This document shows, piece after piece, positions 31,556-42,317 of a stretch of DNA of 64,000 nt. Origin of the DNA: Sulfolobales archaeon. Its GTDB lineage: Archaea > Thermoproteota > Thermoprotei_A > Sulfolobales > AG1. The notes under the pieces are model-generated. The model was given only the letters and a program-made list of their open reading frames with translations, ran no database searches and was not told where the DNA came from. Position numbers and translations under genes: made by a program. Every line of letters starts with the position of its first letter. Positions within the stretch are counted from its first letter, which is position 1. Location: the NCBI GenBank assembly GCA_038867615.1, contig JAWBYA010000002.1, positions 320,001 through 384,000 on the forward strand, written 5' to 3'.

Positions 31556-32902
31556 ATGACGAACCGTGTCGATATAGATATAGAGAAGATCTATAGGAGA
31601 GCGTTGGATCTCGGGGCTTCAGAAGCAGAAATCTATTACTCTGTCTCTAGAGATCTATCGCTTGACTTCTCGGAGGATATAGAGAGGGCCGAGGTTGTGG
31701 AATCGAAATCACTAGGGATACGAGTCTCTATCGGTAAGAAGGTTGCAGTAGTGGGGACACAGGATCTGAGCCTAGGATGTATAGAGAATACCGTGATAAA
31801 GGCCATATCTATAGCTAGGGCAGCACCCGAAGATCCTGGTTGGAGGGGCTTTAACGAGAAACTAGGCTCGGTTTCTAGTGAGGGTTTTGCTGATAAGGCT
31901 ACAGTTGGCATAGGTCTTGAAGAGCTTGCTGAGATCGCTGTAAGCACGATAGAGGGTGTTATGAGCTCGTCACCATCGACAAAGCCTGTTAGAGGATCCT
32001 GTGGCGCGAGCTACCACCGCGTAGAGATAATTAATCCATATGGCGGTCCAGTGAGCAGAGAGGAGACGGGCTCGTGGGTCTATGTATATGCTAAGGCTTC
32101 TAGCGATAAAGGCGAGGGTACTTATGGCGATTACCATGCATCTAGATCTATAAGGGATCTCAGACCACGCGACCTAGGAGTTAAGGTTGGATCTATGGCT
32201 AGAAGCTTTATAGGGGGTAGGGCTCCTGAGAACGGTATATACGATCTAATATTAGCCCCCAGGATCTTTGCATCCTTCATAGGCACTATGCTCTCCCCAG
32301 CCATATCAGCTTTATCGGTCCAGCGCGGAAGATCCCCGCTTATAGGTAAGATAAACAGCAGAATAGCTGTTGATGATCTATCTATAGTTGATGAGGGGTC
32401 GGATCCGAGATACCTGGGTGCTAGATCCTTTGATGATGAGGGGCACCCAACATCTAGGAATGTCATTATCGAGAAAGGGGTTCTTAAGAGCTATATCTAT
32501 GATAGCTATACAGCAAAAATAGAGGGGAGAGCCTCTACAGGGAATGCGTGGAGGAGCTATTCATCACCACCAACACCCGGTCCAAACCATCTATCAATAC
32601 AGCCAGGAGCCTCCAGCATAGACGAGATGATCAGAAGCACGAAGAAAGGCATATATGTTCTAAGCACTATAGGCGAGTGGCTCTCAAACCCCGTGAGCGG
32701 AAATCTAAATGCAACAATAACAAACGCCTATCTCATTGAGAATGGAGAGATAGTAGCCCCTATAAATGGTGGTGTTATCTCCGTCGACTTCTATGAAATG
32801 CTCATCAACAAAATACATATGATCGGAAAAGAGATAGAGCATAGGGAGAGAATCTCGGCCCCACCAGTGTTTCTGAAAAGCATACGGGTTGCTGGAAAAT
32901 AA
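31556..32902 (+). CDS. pmbA: PmbA/TldE subunit
   Basis: TldD paralogue without HExxH, FDDEG, STGNA, NPVSG; ATG at 31556 just after the tldD stop. Confidence 0.9.
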   Translation: MTNRVDIDIEKIYRRALDLGASEAEIYYSVSRDLSLDFSEDIERAEVVESKSLGIRVSIGKKVAVVGTQDLSLGCIENTVIKAISIARAAPEDPGWRGFNEKLGSVSSEGFADKATVGIGLEELAEIAVSTIEGVMSSSPSTKPVRGSCGASYHRVEIINPYGGPVSREETGSWVYVYAKASSDKGEGTYGDYHASRSIRDLRPRDLGVKVGSMARSFIGGRAPENGIYDLILAPRIFASFIGTMLSPAISALSVQRGRSPLIGKINSRIAVDDLSIVDEGSDPRYLGARSFDDEGHPTSRNVIIEKGVLKSYIYDSYTAKIEGRASTGNAWRSYSSPPTPGPNHLSIQPGASSIDEMIRSTKKGIYVLSTIGEWLSNPVSGNLNATITNAYLIENGEIVAPINGGVISVDFYEMLINKIHMIGKEIEHRERISAPPVFLKSIRVAGK

Positions 32903-33101
32903 TGACTAAACCGCTATACTGAATCCCCAATAGCCTCTTGGCTGTCTAAAAGTTTGAGAAGAGCTTTCCATCTAGAGATAAAGATCCTAGGAATATTTTC
33001 TATCTTCTACAGGATCGCGTTTGCGATCAGATCTACACGGTGATCCGGGTTATTATGAATTGATCTCTAGTATATGGTCACGAGAAGTATGTACCAAGTA
33101 G

Positions 33102-34115
33102 TCACACTATCCTGACAATCTCGCTAACCCTATAGATCTCATCAGCTACATGCATCGGGATCTTCATCCTGGTGCCGTCCTTTTTAACCAGCATAACATC
33201 TGAACCACTTGGGAGAACCCTCCCTATTACGCTGGCCCCTACACCCCTCATCCTTAGGATCTTAATCGCTTCCTCCACACGATCCCTAGGTATTGTTGCT
33301 ATAAGAGAACCACTGCTTATAAGCCTTAGGGGATCTATCCCGACAGCCTGAACAATCTCTCGGGTCTCTGGTGCTATGGGTATCGATTCCTCCCAGATCT
33401 CTACCCCTTTACCTGATGCATATGCTATTTCGGCAACACCCCCAACGATCCCTCCTTCCGTTGGATCGTGCATTGAGGTTGCTAGATCACTCTTAGCCAG
33501 TATCAGTGCTTCGTCAACCACACTGATCATGTCATAGAAACTCGACGCGCGATCCAGTACTTCTTGAGGTACTCCTTTTCGTAATAATATGTCTCTATAA
33601 TCAGTCGCTATTATAGCTGTCCCCTCTATGCCAGCGGTCTTTGTCATTATAACCATATCGCCAGCACCCGCACCTCCCGTAGATATAGGTCTCCCAATTA
33701 CAGGCCCTATCACAGTTGACACTATAACCAGTCTACTAACCACATCTGTAACCTCGGTATGACCCCCAACGATCATGATGCCGAGTCTTCTTGCAGCCCT
33801 ATCTATCTGCCCCGTGATCTCGTCGAGATCTTCTATAGATGCTGAGTGGGGGAGCAGTATTGTGTTGAGCGCCCATCTAGGCATAGCGCCCCTAACAGCA
33901 ACATCGTTCGAGGCAACATTTATGGCAAGCCACCCAGCGTTCTTAACAGCTGCTGTTATCGGGTCGCTGTGGGCTGCTATATAGGACTCTCCAATCTTCA
34001 TTATAGCAGCGTCCTCTCCATATTTAGGGCCTACCAGAACTTCAGGATCTATAACCCCAATCCTGCTCATAACGAATCTCTCGAGAAGCTCGGCTGGGAG
34101 TTTCCCGACTTTCAC
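33102..34115 (-). CDS. AIR synthase-related (HypE/ThiL-like) protein
   Basis: (M)KVGKLP, GEDAA, HSDPIT, VASND, GGHTE, MHDPTEGG, SSGSL; GTG at 34115 preferred. Confidence 0.88.
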   Translation of the reverse strand: MKVGKLPAELLERFVMSRIGVIDPEVLVGPKYGEDAAIMKIGESYIAAHSDPITAAVKNAGWLAINVASNDVAVRGAMPRWALNTILLPHSASIEDLDEITGQIDRAARRLGIMIVGGHTEVTDVVSRLVIVSTVIGPVIGRPISTGGAGAGDMVIMTKTAGIEGTAIIATDYRDILLRKGVPQEVLDRASSFYDMISVVDEALILAKSDLATSMHDPTEGGIVGGVAEIAYASGKGVEIWEESIPIAPETREIVQAVGIDPLRLISSGSLIATIPRDRVEEAIKILRMRGVGASVIGRVLPSGSDVMLVKKDGTRMKIPMHVADEIYRVSEIVRIV

Positions 34116-34164
34116 ATAGATCCCCAGAGAGACTTTGCTGGATATGTAATAACTACTAATGTAT

Positions 34165-34896
34165 TTATGGGACTGTATAGTAGATCCTCTTTTTATTCTT
34201 CCCCCTGTTCTCAACCTTCAAGAGCTTTATCTCGCCTATCTCGTTTGTATTCCTAACGTGGGGTCCTCCGTCGGCCTGCATATCTACCCCGGGGATCTCC
34301 ACGATCCTTAGGATTTCATATCCCGGGGGCATTTTTTCTGCGAGCTTAACGATCCCGGGGATCTTCATCGCCTCCTCCCTCTTCAAATAATAGATCTTAA
34401 CCTCAAGCCCGGCTCTGACAACATCGTTAGCCTTTCTAATAGCATCTTCAAATACCTGTCTATCGAACCTCTCTATAGAGAAATCATCCCTAGCATATTC
34501 AGGCTCAACCTGTCCTCCTGTTATCATAGCACCATAATCCCTATACATTATAGCCGATATTATGTGGGCTGCTGTGTGGAGCCTCATGAGCCTATACCTC
34601 CTATCCCAATCTATCACGCCAACAACCTCCATGCCCGGGGAGATCCCCTCATAGCTATCAAGCACGTGGTATACCTCATCGCTCTCCCTATCGTGGATGG
34701 CTTTAAGTACTCTATAGTTTTTACCACCTATGACCAGGTATCCAGTATCGCTGGAGACACCACCACTATCTGGGTGGAATGCTGTCTTGTCGAGAACAAG
34801 GCCCCGATCTGTGATGCTAACAACCCTAGCTCTAAATTCTTTCAAATATGAGTCATCCCTATAGAGGTGGATCGTTGCCAAGCAAGGCCCCATCAT
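34165..34896 (-). CDS. alaX: Alanyl-tRNA editing protein AlaX-M
   Basis: DWDRRYRLMRLHTAAH, ADGGPHV.NT.EIG; stand-alone editing domain. Confidence 0.92.
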   Translation of the reverse strand: MMGPCLATIHLYRDDSYLKEFRARVVSITDRGLVLDKTAFHPDSGGVSSDTGYLVIGGKNYRVLKAIHDRESDEVYHVLDSYEGISPGMEVVGVIDWDRRYRLMRLHTAAHIISAIMYRDYGAMITGGQVEPEYARDDFSIERFDRQVFEDAIRKANDVVRAGLEVKIYYLKREEAMKIPGIVKLAEKMPPGYEILRIVEIPGVDMQADGGPHVRNTNEIGEIKLLKVENRGKNKKRIYYTVP

Positions 34897-34948
34897 TCAT
34901 AGCGATAGGAGTATATAAAGCGTGGGATACATATGCCGTTAGAGAACT

Positions 34949-35857
34949 CTAGAAAAGACGTTTCTGAGACCCTTCACTTCTTCCTATATACCCAGCTTTT
35001 CTAATACTAGGCCAGCTGTTGGTCTCGAATGGATCGCTGAGGTGGAAGTCAATACACATGACCCCGTGCTTTGCACATAGTCTGAGCACAAGACTCTTTA
35101 TCCTAGACCAGTAACCCTTGCTCCCGTACCGCACAACCCTATAGATCTTCGTAACCTCATCCCGATCCAGCTTCTCCTTCATATAGCTCCAGGTTCTATC
35201 ATATATGTTCAAAAGATCAAATATTACTAGGCTGTTGCTCTCGCTAGCAGCACCTATGACGCCCTCGATATGTTCCTCACTATCGTTAAGCCCTGGAATT
35301 ATTGGTCCGAGGAAGATCCATGTGTAGATCAGAGAGTCGGAGATCTTCTTAAGAGCCCTAGCCCTTGCAAGCGGGTGGGAAGCCCCAGGCTCTATAACCC
35401 TCGCGAGAGAAGGATCCATGGTTGTTATTGTCATACCAACATCAACCCTATCCCTATGGGTTCTCAGCACATCGAGATCCCTAAGGACTAGAGGCGACTT
35501 GGTCTGTATAGATACCCTGAATCTATATGCAAGCAGAAGCTCTATAGATCTTCTAGTAAGGCTATATCTAGCCTCGATAGGCATATAGGGATCCGTTATC
35601 GTTGAAACTCCAACAACCCCTTTCTTAGTAGTATGCATAACCTCCCTCCTGAGAACCTCGACCAGGTTCACCTTAACAGCTACAACCTCGCCCCAATTAT
35701 TAGCAGCCTCCTCGATTCCTGTGAAGTGAATAGCATAGCAGTAGACACACCCGAATGAGCAGCCCTGATACGGGTTGAGGCTATAATCAAGATCAGGCAG
35801 TTTGGATCTATAGAGGGCCTTGGAAACCCTTATCTCTATGATCTTCTTGGGGAGCAA
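34949..35857 (-). CDS. Radical SAM protein, spore photoproduct lyase-like (SplB/Rv2578c family)
   Basis: LNPYQGCSFGCVYCYA, TDPY.P.E, QTKS, PIIPGLND. Confidence 0.88.
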   Translation of the reverse strand: MLPKKIIEIRVSKALYRSKLPDLDYSLNPYQGCSFGCVYCYAIHFTGIEEAANNWGEVVAVKVNLVEVLRREVMHTTKKGVVGVSTITDPYMPIEARYSLTRRSIELLLAYRFRVSIQTKSPLVLRDLDVLRTHRDRVDVGMTITTMDPSLARVIEPGASHPLARARALKKISDSLIYTWIFLGPIIPGLNDSEEHIEGVIGAASESNSLVIFDLLNIYDRTWSYMKEKLDRDEVTKIYRVVRYGSKGYWSRIKSLVLRLCAKHGVMCIDFHLSDPFETNSWPSIRKAGYIGRSEGSQKRLF

Positions 35858-35860
35858 GGC

Positions 35861-37096
35861 TCAACCCATATAGCTTGTTATCCTCTTGCTTCTAAGAATC
35901 CTGAATACACCTGACCTCTCTAGAAAGCTCCTTATAGGCGTCCTGAGGAGTTCGGCAATCCTCTTGATAACATCCTCTAATCTGTCGAAAACCTCAGGCT
36001 CTGATCTATACATAGCCCTCATATTCTCCCTAACAAACCACACACCAACAGGAAGGTTGAAACCCTCATAAATCTCCCTCCAGCTTACCACCGCGGCTTG
36101 TCTCCTCATAGCATTTAGAGCTTCTAGAGAGGCTAGTCTTGATGCATAATAACAACCCCCTATACCTGGATAGCTATCCCTACCCCTATACCCTTCATAA
36201 TCAACCTCTACCCATGGCTCCGAGCCCCACATATTCCACGTACTCCCAGGATACCACGCTTCACCCCATTCGAAAGCCCATGCGTGGGGTGCTAGTATGG
36301 ATATGAAGAGATTCCTATCAACTTTTCTCTTATAAAGCATATAGCGATCTATAATGCTATAACTCTTAACCTGTTCGAGAAGCCTGTCGGAAACGATCTT
36401 ATCGACAGCTGTTATAGCCCATCTGGTTGGAACAAGCCTTCTCTTCTTACCAATAGCACCAACGCTAAGGATCCTCGAGATCCTGTGTACCTCTACACCA
36501 CCGGAATATAGCATAAACACACCCTCCCTAGCTGTAAGATCACGATCGTTATAGACTTTCTCAACAACCCTCTCAAGCGGCTTGATAGAGCTTATATTAA
36601 CCCTCTTGAGGGGAGCCGAAGGACCCATTGGCGGTGTGGTTTCGCTTACAAGAACGCCTCCCTTTGGTTTCCTCTCAAAAAGCATCTCAACATCAGCCGG
36701 TCCAGGGCTGAGGGACAGTTCTATGATCTCTCCAAGCTCTCGGGATGGCTGCATAGCATCACCTACTCTATATACCCTATACCCCCTCACGAGAGAGATT
36801 CTGAGTGAGAGGAACTCCTCTAGATCCATGAGCACCCATCTAGACGGATCCTCGTGGATCGAGGTATCACCCTTGATCGGGGGCGATGAGGGGTATACCC
36901 TCACCCACGGATAACCCTCCCTGCCAACAAACACGCTGGGGGGAGAGGATCCGTCGAGCCTTTCTCCCTCTACTCTATCTAGAACCTTGAATGAGATAGA
37001 GTTAACTATTATAGGACAGTATGGAAGTCCACAAAGATATCGAGAACCCCTACACCTAACACATAGCTGCGGGGGTATCCTCGCTACTCCTAGCAC
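35861..37096 (-). CDS. Nre family DNA repair protein
   Basis: CVRCRG..YLCG..YCP, GSSPPSVFVG..GYP, RLVPTRWAITAVD, GGCYYA, PVGVWFVRE; C-terminal PIP-like KRITSY. Confidence 0.92.
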   Translation of the reverse strand: MLGVARIPPQLCVRCRGSRYLCGLPYCPIIVNSISFKVLDRVEGERLDGSSPPSVFVGREGYPWVRVYPSSPPIKGDTSIHEDPSRWVLMDLEEFLSLRISLVRGYRVYRVGDAMQPSRELGEIIELSLSPGPADVEMLFERKPKGGVLVSETTPPMGPSAPLKRVNISSIKPLERVVEKVYNDRDLTAREGVFMLYSGGVEVHRISRILSVGAIGKKRRLVPTRWAITAVDKIVSDRLLEQVKSYSIIDRYMLYKRKVDRNLFISILAPHAWAFEWGEAWYPGSTWNMWGSEPWVEVDYEGYRGRDSYPGIGGCYYASRLASLEALNAMRRQAAVVSWREIYEGFNLPVGVWFVRENMRAMYRSEPEVFDRLEDVIKRIAELLRTPIRSFLERSGVFRILRSKRITSYMG

Positions 37097-37627
37097 CTAT
37101 GGACTACCTCTTCCCGCAGCCCTCCCGATAGCGTCAGAGATCTTTTTCCTAGCCTCCTCAGCACCCCTCCAACCCCTTATCTTAACCCACTTGCCTGGCT
37201 CTAACTCTTTATAGTGTTGGAAGAAATGCTCTATTCTTCTCTTTATTATATCAGGCAGGTCCTTTAGATCCCTTATGCTAGAGTATCTCGGTTCAACCTT
37301 ATCATCAGGGACAGCGACGATCTTAGCGTCAATCCCCTCCTCATCCTCCATCTCTAGAATAGCTATTGGTCTCACTCTAACCACAGATCCTGGGAGGAAT
37401 TGATGGTCGCTTATAACCAGCACATCAACCGGGTCTCCATCCTCCTCTAGTGTTCCTGGTACGAAGCCATAGTTGAATGGATACACCATTGCTGTATATA
37501 GCACACGATCAACGCTTATCACGCCCAACTCCTCATCATACTCATACTTCACAGAAGAGTTGGCAGGGATCTCTATGACCACGTTAACAACATTTGGAGC
37601 CTTATCACCAGGGCCTAGCCTTCTCAA
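37097..37627 (-). CDS. ppa: Inorganic pyrophosphatase (family I)
   Basis: [40 protein letters not shown]. Confidence 0.97.
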   Translation of the reverse strand: MRRLGPGDKAPNVVNVVIEIPANSSVKYEYDEELGVISVDRVLYTAMVYPFNYGFVPGTLEEDGDPVDVLVISDHQFLPGSVVRVRPIAILEMEDEEGIDAKIVAVPDDKVEPRYSSIRDLKDLPDIIKRRIEHFFQHYKELEPGKWVKIRGWRGAEEARKKISDAIGRAAGRGSP

Positions 37628-37648
37628 CCAGGGTCCCGAGATAGTATA

Positions 37649-38851
37649 GTGGAGGGGCTAAATAATACACAAGCCCGGTCTTTAAATATTAGTTGGGATA
37701 TCCATATCACTAGATGGGGAGAGCTGATCACAGAAGTACTAGCGCTTATAGAACGCAGATTCATAGTGCTTGATCATCATAAGGAGAGCTCTATGGGTGA
37801 TGACGAGGATAGAATCGAGATTGATATATATAGAGTAGCACCCCAAGATCCTTCCAGCATTGAGAGGAGCTTCAAAGAACTATATAGAGAAGTCATAAGC
37901 ATGGGTTATTATCCACAGCTGATAAGCATAGATGGCAATTACTATCTAAGAATATATAATATTGGGAAGAGAAGAAGCTATAACCCCCTAACAATAGTCA
38001 TACTATTGCTAGCATCCATAGCAACGGTCACCATAACCTCCTATATGTGGTATTCTCAAGATCTCGAGATAGCGAGAAGATTCGGCATAGAGACCGAATC
38101 CCTAAGACTCGGAACCATATATGTAGCAATACTAGCACTATCAATACTAGGACCTCTAGCTATACACGAGCTGGGGCATTTCCTAACCTCAAGGATCCTG
38201 AGACTACCAGCAACACCCCCCTACTTCATACCAGGCCCCCCTGGGATAGGGTTAGGTACTTTTGGTGCTGTGATACTCATGAGATTTCTACCAGCAACAG
38301 CCGATGATCTTGCCATGGTTGCTATAGCAGGACCCCTCGCCGGCTTCGCAGCAATCCTTATAGTGACGATCTATGGGATCTCGACCTCATATATGATTCC
38401 AAGCAGTATGGCTGCAAGCTTTCAGGAGATAAGCTTCTCACCACTGCTCTTCACGCTTATGGTTAACACGCTAGTAAATCCTGGGCAAGACGAGGTGGTG
38501 ATCCTAAACCCAGTCGCATATGCCGGCTACTTCCTCATGTTAATACATTTCCTAAACCTTCTTCCCGTGGCACAGCTTGATGGGGGTCAGGTTCTCAGAT
38601 CTCTTGTTAGCATGAGAACCCACATGATGATTGGCGTGACCATCTCCATAGCCATGATCGTTGCTGCAATGTTCCTCAGAGCCGAGATCCTCATAACCAT
38701 AGCGTTCTTCCTACTCATAATATTCCTAGCAACCGGGATGAGATCCCATCCAGGCCCCGCCTATAGGGAGGCTAAGCCGGGGTTGGGTGCTGCTATAGCG
38801 GCTATACTGTGGATCATAATGTTAGCCATGACAATCCCCCTGCCCCTGTGA
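37649..38851 (+). CDS. Site-2 protease (M50) family; true start may be somewhat downstream
   Basis: [23 protein letters not shown]; multi-TM. Confidence 0.9.
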   Translation: MEGLNNTQARSLNISWDIHITRWGELITEVLALIERRFIVLDHHKESSMGDDEDRIEIDIYRVAPQDPSSIERSFKELYREVISMGYYPQLISIDGNYYLRIYNIGKRRSYNPLTIVILLLASIATVTITSYMWYSQDLEIARRFGIETESLRLGTIYVAILALSILGPLAIHELGHFLTSRILRLPATPPYFIPGPPGIGLGTFGAVILMRFLPATADDLAMVAIAGPLAGFAAILIVTIYGISTSYMIPSSMAASFQEISFSPLLFTLMVNTLVNPGQDEVVILNPVAYAGYFLMLIHFLNLLPVAQLDGGQVLRSLVSMRTHMMIGVTISIAMIVAAMFLRAEILITIAFFLLIIFLATGMRSHPGPAYREAKPGLGAAIAAILWIIMLAMTIPLPL

Positions 38852-38861
38852 GGGTAGGGTA

Positions 38862-40871
38862 ATGAGCAAGATCTGTAATGATTGTATAGCTATAGTAGCT
38901 GAGAAGCCGAGAGCCGCTGCTAAGATAGCCAGCGCTATTTCCCAGGGAAGGGCTAAAAAGATCCTCTATAAAGGTGTACCCATATGGATCTTCAGAATAG
39001 ATGGTGAGGAGTATGTAGTGATCCCCTCAGCAGGGCATCTATTCTCAATAGATACTAATAAGGGCGGGATACCTGTTTTCGAGTATAAATGGATCCCTAG
39101 GCATGTGGTTAACAATGATTATAAGCATCTCGAGAGATTCTATAAAGCATTCTCAGAGATCCTTCCAAGGGCTAAGGCCTATATAAATGCCTGCGACTAC
39201 GACATAGAAGGATCACTGATCGGCTATATGATCGTAAAACACTGGGGAGACGTGAGAAAAATGAAGAGGATGAAGTTCTCCTCCCTCGTTGAGGATGAGC
39301 TGAGAAGGAGTTTTAGGAACCTGGGACCCCTTGATATAGATATGATCGAGGCTGGGTTGGCGAGACATGAGATGGACTGGATATGGGGTATAAATGTCTC
39401 GAGGGCTCTTATGATGCTTTTCAACAAGATCTCGGGAGAGCGCAGGGTTCTAAGCGCTGGCAGGGTCCAGACACCAACCCTCTTCGAGGTTGTTAGAAAT
39501 ACTATTGAGAGAAACACGTTTGTCCCCACACCCCTCTATAGTGTTAACATCTACATAGAGGTAGCGGGTAAGAGGTATAAGCTAGAGAACGCCGAAGAAC
39601 CCTTCAAAAGAAAACAACTAGCCGAGGAATATGCCAAGATGGCTAAAAGCTCTGGATACGCTATCGTGAAAAATGTTAGGAGAGAGGTTATCTCATACAA
39701 GCCCCCATACCCCTTTAACCTAGGAGATCTGCAGGAAGAGGCTCATAGAATATATAGAATCTCCCCAGCGAGAACCCTCAAGATCCTTGAGGATCTATAC
39801 CTCGACTCGCTCATAAGCTATCCGAGAACAAATAGCCAGAAGCTCCCCGCATCGATAGGGCATAGGGATATTATCCAGAGCATGGGGAGACTGGGTGATT
39901 ATAGATCTATAGCATTGAAGATCCTTAGGAAAGAGACCCTCACACCAAATAACGGACCCATGGATGATCCAGCACATCCGGCTATATACCCTACGGGAGA
40001 GATTCCTAGGAGGCTTGAAAGAGAACATGCAAAGATCTACGATCTTGTTGTTAGAAGGTATCTAGCAACCTTCATGGACCCCGCCACAATAGATCGAGTA
40101 AGCATAGACATAGAGGTTGCCGGTAGAGCCTACAAGCTCCACGGAACCAGGGTAACTTATAAAGGGTGGTTAGAAGCATATCCATTTTATAAAATAGAAG
40201 AGAAAACCGTACCGAATGTTAAGCCAGGCGATAGGATAAAGATAGCCCTGGTAAGGATAGCCATATCCTACACAAGACCCGAGGCTCCGCATAACAAAGC
40301 AACACTGCTTAAATGGATGGAGAGCCAGGGTATAGGGACAGAATCCACCAGGGCCGAAATTATAGAGACCCTGTTTAGAAGGAAATACGTCGACGGATCC
40401 GGGGCAACAGATCTAGGGCTTATGGTTTACTCAGCTATAGAGAAATACTTCCCAGACCTCTCGAGAATAGATCTTACAAGGTCTTTTGAGGAAATGATGG
40501 AGAAGATAAGGAGAGGAGAGCTTAGAAGAGAGCACGTTGTCGAGAAGACAAAGATCGTGGTTGGAACAGCCATCGAGAGGTTCCTCAAAAACATAGAGAA
40601 CATCGATCCTTCGGAAACAAGGCTCCTCGGAATAAAAACCGGGGGATGCCCCATATGTGGCTATGCATCCAGCAACAATGAACACGGCTTCTGCCCCATA
40701 CACGAGAAAGCTTATGAAAAGCTGGTCGAGGTTTATAAAGAATGGGCTAAAGATGGGTATGGGTGGGAGGATTATCTGGAAAAGCTATCGAAGCTAGAAA
40801 TAACAGGGATAGCTGCTAAGGATGTAATAAGTTTCCTCAGAAAAAGCCGGAGAAAAGGATCAGTTGGCTAG
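38862..40871 (+). CDS. topA: DNA topoisomerase IA
   Basis: AEKP, GHL, ACDYDIEG TOPRIM, SAGRVQTP, ISYPRT catalytic Tyr, AHPAI.PTG, GIGTESTR; C-terminal CxxC...CxxH. Confidence 0.95.
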   Translation: MSKICNDCIAIVAEKPRAAAKIASAISQGRAKKILYKGVPIWIFRIDGEEYVVIPSAGHLFSIDTNKGGIPVFEYKWIPRHVVNNDYKHLERFYKAFSEILPRAKAYINACDYDIEGSLIGYMIVKHWGDVRKMKRMKFSSLVEDELRRSFRNLGPLDIDMIEAGLARHEMDWIWGINVSRALMMLFNKISGERRVLSAGRVQTPTLFEVVRNTIERNTFVPTPLYSVNIYIEVAGKRYKLENAEEPFKRKQLAEEYAKMAKSSGYAIVKNVRREVISYKPPYPFNLGDLQEEAHRIYRISPARTLKILEDLYLDSLISYPRTNSQKLPASIGHRDIIQSMGRLGDYRSIALKILRKETLTPNNGPMDDPAHPAIYPTGEIPRRLEREHAKIYDLVVRRYLATFMDPATIDRVSIDIEVAGRAYKLHGTRVTYKGWLEAYPFYKIEEKTVPNVKPGDRIKIALVRIAISYTRPEAPHNKATLLKWMESQGIGTESTRAEIIETLFRRKYVDGSGATDLGLMVYSAIEKYFPDLSRIDLTRSFEEMMEKIRRGELRREHVVEKTKIVVGTAIERFLKNIENIDPSETRLLGIKTGGCPICGYASSNNEHGFCPIHEKAYEKLVEVYKEWAKDGYGWEDYLEKLSKLEITGIAAKDVISFLRKSRRKGSVG

Positions 40872-40969
40872 GGGGTTAAAAACTTCTCGGGGATCGTTAT
40901 GCCTAGCCAGGGATCCTGGTAACCGTTACGTTATTATCCAGCCCTAGTCTTTTTATATTAGGAGTCCCT

Positions 40970-42160
40970 ATGTATCTGTCGAGAGAGGAGGAAAGGATCT
41001 ATGAGGGAGAAGCGGGCTGGGTTCTTGAGAAGGCTATAAAGGTGGTTGTAAAGGTTGGAGAGGCTATGGGGGCTGATAGGCTTATACCCATATCCCATGC
41101 CCATATCTCGGGTGTTGGTTATGGCAACATAGGTGAGGCAGGGCTCTCGCTCTTAAGAGACCTGCGCGACGGTGGTGCTAGGTTTAACGTATACACAACA
41201 GCTAATCCGGGATCTGTTGATGACGATAGTAGCTATTACTTCAACTATGGTGCCCCCTTTATACAGGGGCAGAGAGAGATACTGAGCATATTTAAAGAGA
41301 TGGGAATCAATGCATTCACATGCACCCCCTACTATTATAGAGAGCCGAGAGCTGGTGAGATCCTTGCATGGGCTGAGAGCAACGCTGTTCTGATCGCTAA
41401 CAGCATCTATGGTGCTAGGAGCAATAGAGAAAGCGGGCTCCTAGCCCTATTCGAAGCAATATTGGGTAAGGCTTATAGAGCAGGGCTCCTGGTTGATGAG
41501 AATAGAAAGCCCCAGATCCTGGTTAATATAGAGGCAAGGGTGAGAAGCATCATTGATTACGGTCTTGTAGGATTACTAGTCGGCGAAATGGTTGGAGAAA
41601 GAATCCCATATGTAGTCGGCTTAAAACCCCAAAGTCATGAAGAGGTGAAAGCATTCCTAGCAGCTGCAGGTTCTAGTGGAGGTATGGGTTTGGTAATGAT
41701 CGATAGGCTATCCCCCGACGCAATAGGGATCGAGGGATCTCTTAATAATATCGAGAGGATCTCCATAGACGATAAGGATCTCAGAAGAGTCTCGGAGGAC
41801 GCTATATGCAACGAGGTCGATGCAGCACTAATAGGCTGTCCACATGCCTCTGTAGAGCTTATAGAGGATCTAGCCAGGCTTATTGTTGAGAAAAATGTCA
41901 GTGCAACCAAGCCCGTATGGGTGTTCACATCGCACCACGTGTATGAAGAGCTATCTAGAAAGGGCTTAATAGATCTTCTGATATCAAGGGGAGTAAAGGT
42001 GTTCACCGGAATCTGTGGTGTCATCTCGCCTCTCAATACCTTGGGATATAGATGTATAGCAACACCATCAGCAAAAGCCGCCTTTTATCTCCCAAGACTG
42101 GCTAGGGTTAGATACGTATATATGGACCTCCCAGGTATAGTCGCCTCTATGTTTAAGTAA
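40970..42160 (+). CDS. Aconitase X large subunit (candidate phosphomevalonate dehydratase large subunit)
   Basis: HISGV, TCTPY, WAESNA..ANS..GAR.NRE, IGCPH, third Cys in TGIC, SAKAAFY. Confidence 0.85.
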   Translation: MYLSREEERIYEGEAGWVLEKAIKVVVKVGEAMGADRLIPISHAHISGVGYGNIGEAGLSLLRDLRDGGARFNVYTTANPGSVDDDSSYYFNYGAPFIQGQREILSIFKEMGINAFTCTPYYYREPRAGEILAWAESNAVLIANSIYGARSNRESGLLALFEAILGKAYRAGLLVDENRKPQILVNIEARVRSIIDYGLVGLLVGEMVGERIPYVVGLKPQSHEEVKAFLAAAGSSGGMGLVMIDRLSPDAIGIEGSLNNIERISIDDKDLRRVSEDAICNEVDAALIGCPHASVELIEDLARLIVEKNVSATKPVWVFTSHHVYEELSRKGLIDLLISRGVKVFTGICGVISPLNTLGYRCIATPSAKAAFYLPRLARVRYVYMDLPGIVASMFK

Positions 42161-42183
42161 TACCATATTAACTAATTATATTA

Positions 42184-42317
42184 CTGTTTATCCTTGAATA
42201 TTCATTGAGCTTTCCTTTATAATATCTTATCTAGAACTTCTATCTAACCCGTAGGAGTTTCCCTCACTCCTGCGGGTTATAGATCGCGTTGAACTCAACG
42301 TTACAGAGCGTTCCCAT
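42184..42317 (-). mobile_element. Degenerate IS200/IS605-like right end (omega-RNA-like remnant), copy A
   Basis: Minus strand ATGGG...AACCCGCAGGAG-loop-CTCCTACGGGTT...GAAGTTCTAG...GGATAAACAG follows the layout of copies at 49.5 and 63.7 kb; 14-bp hairpin at 42245-42279. Confidence 0.55.

Noticed and set aside
34165-34896. DGGPH instead of CGGxH in AlaX as a sign of inactivation
   Set aside because: I recall this variant as normal in crenarchaeal AlaX-M, and the HxxxH motif is intact
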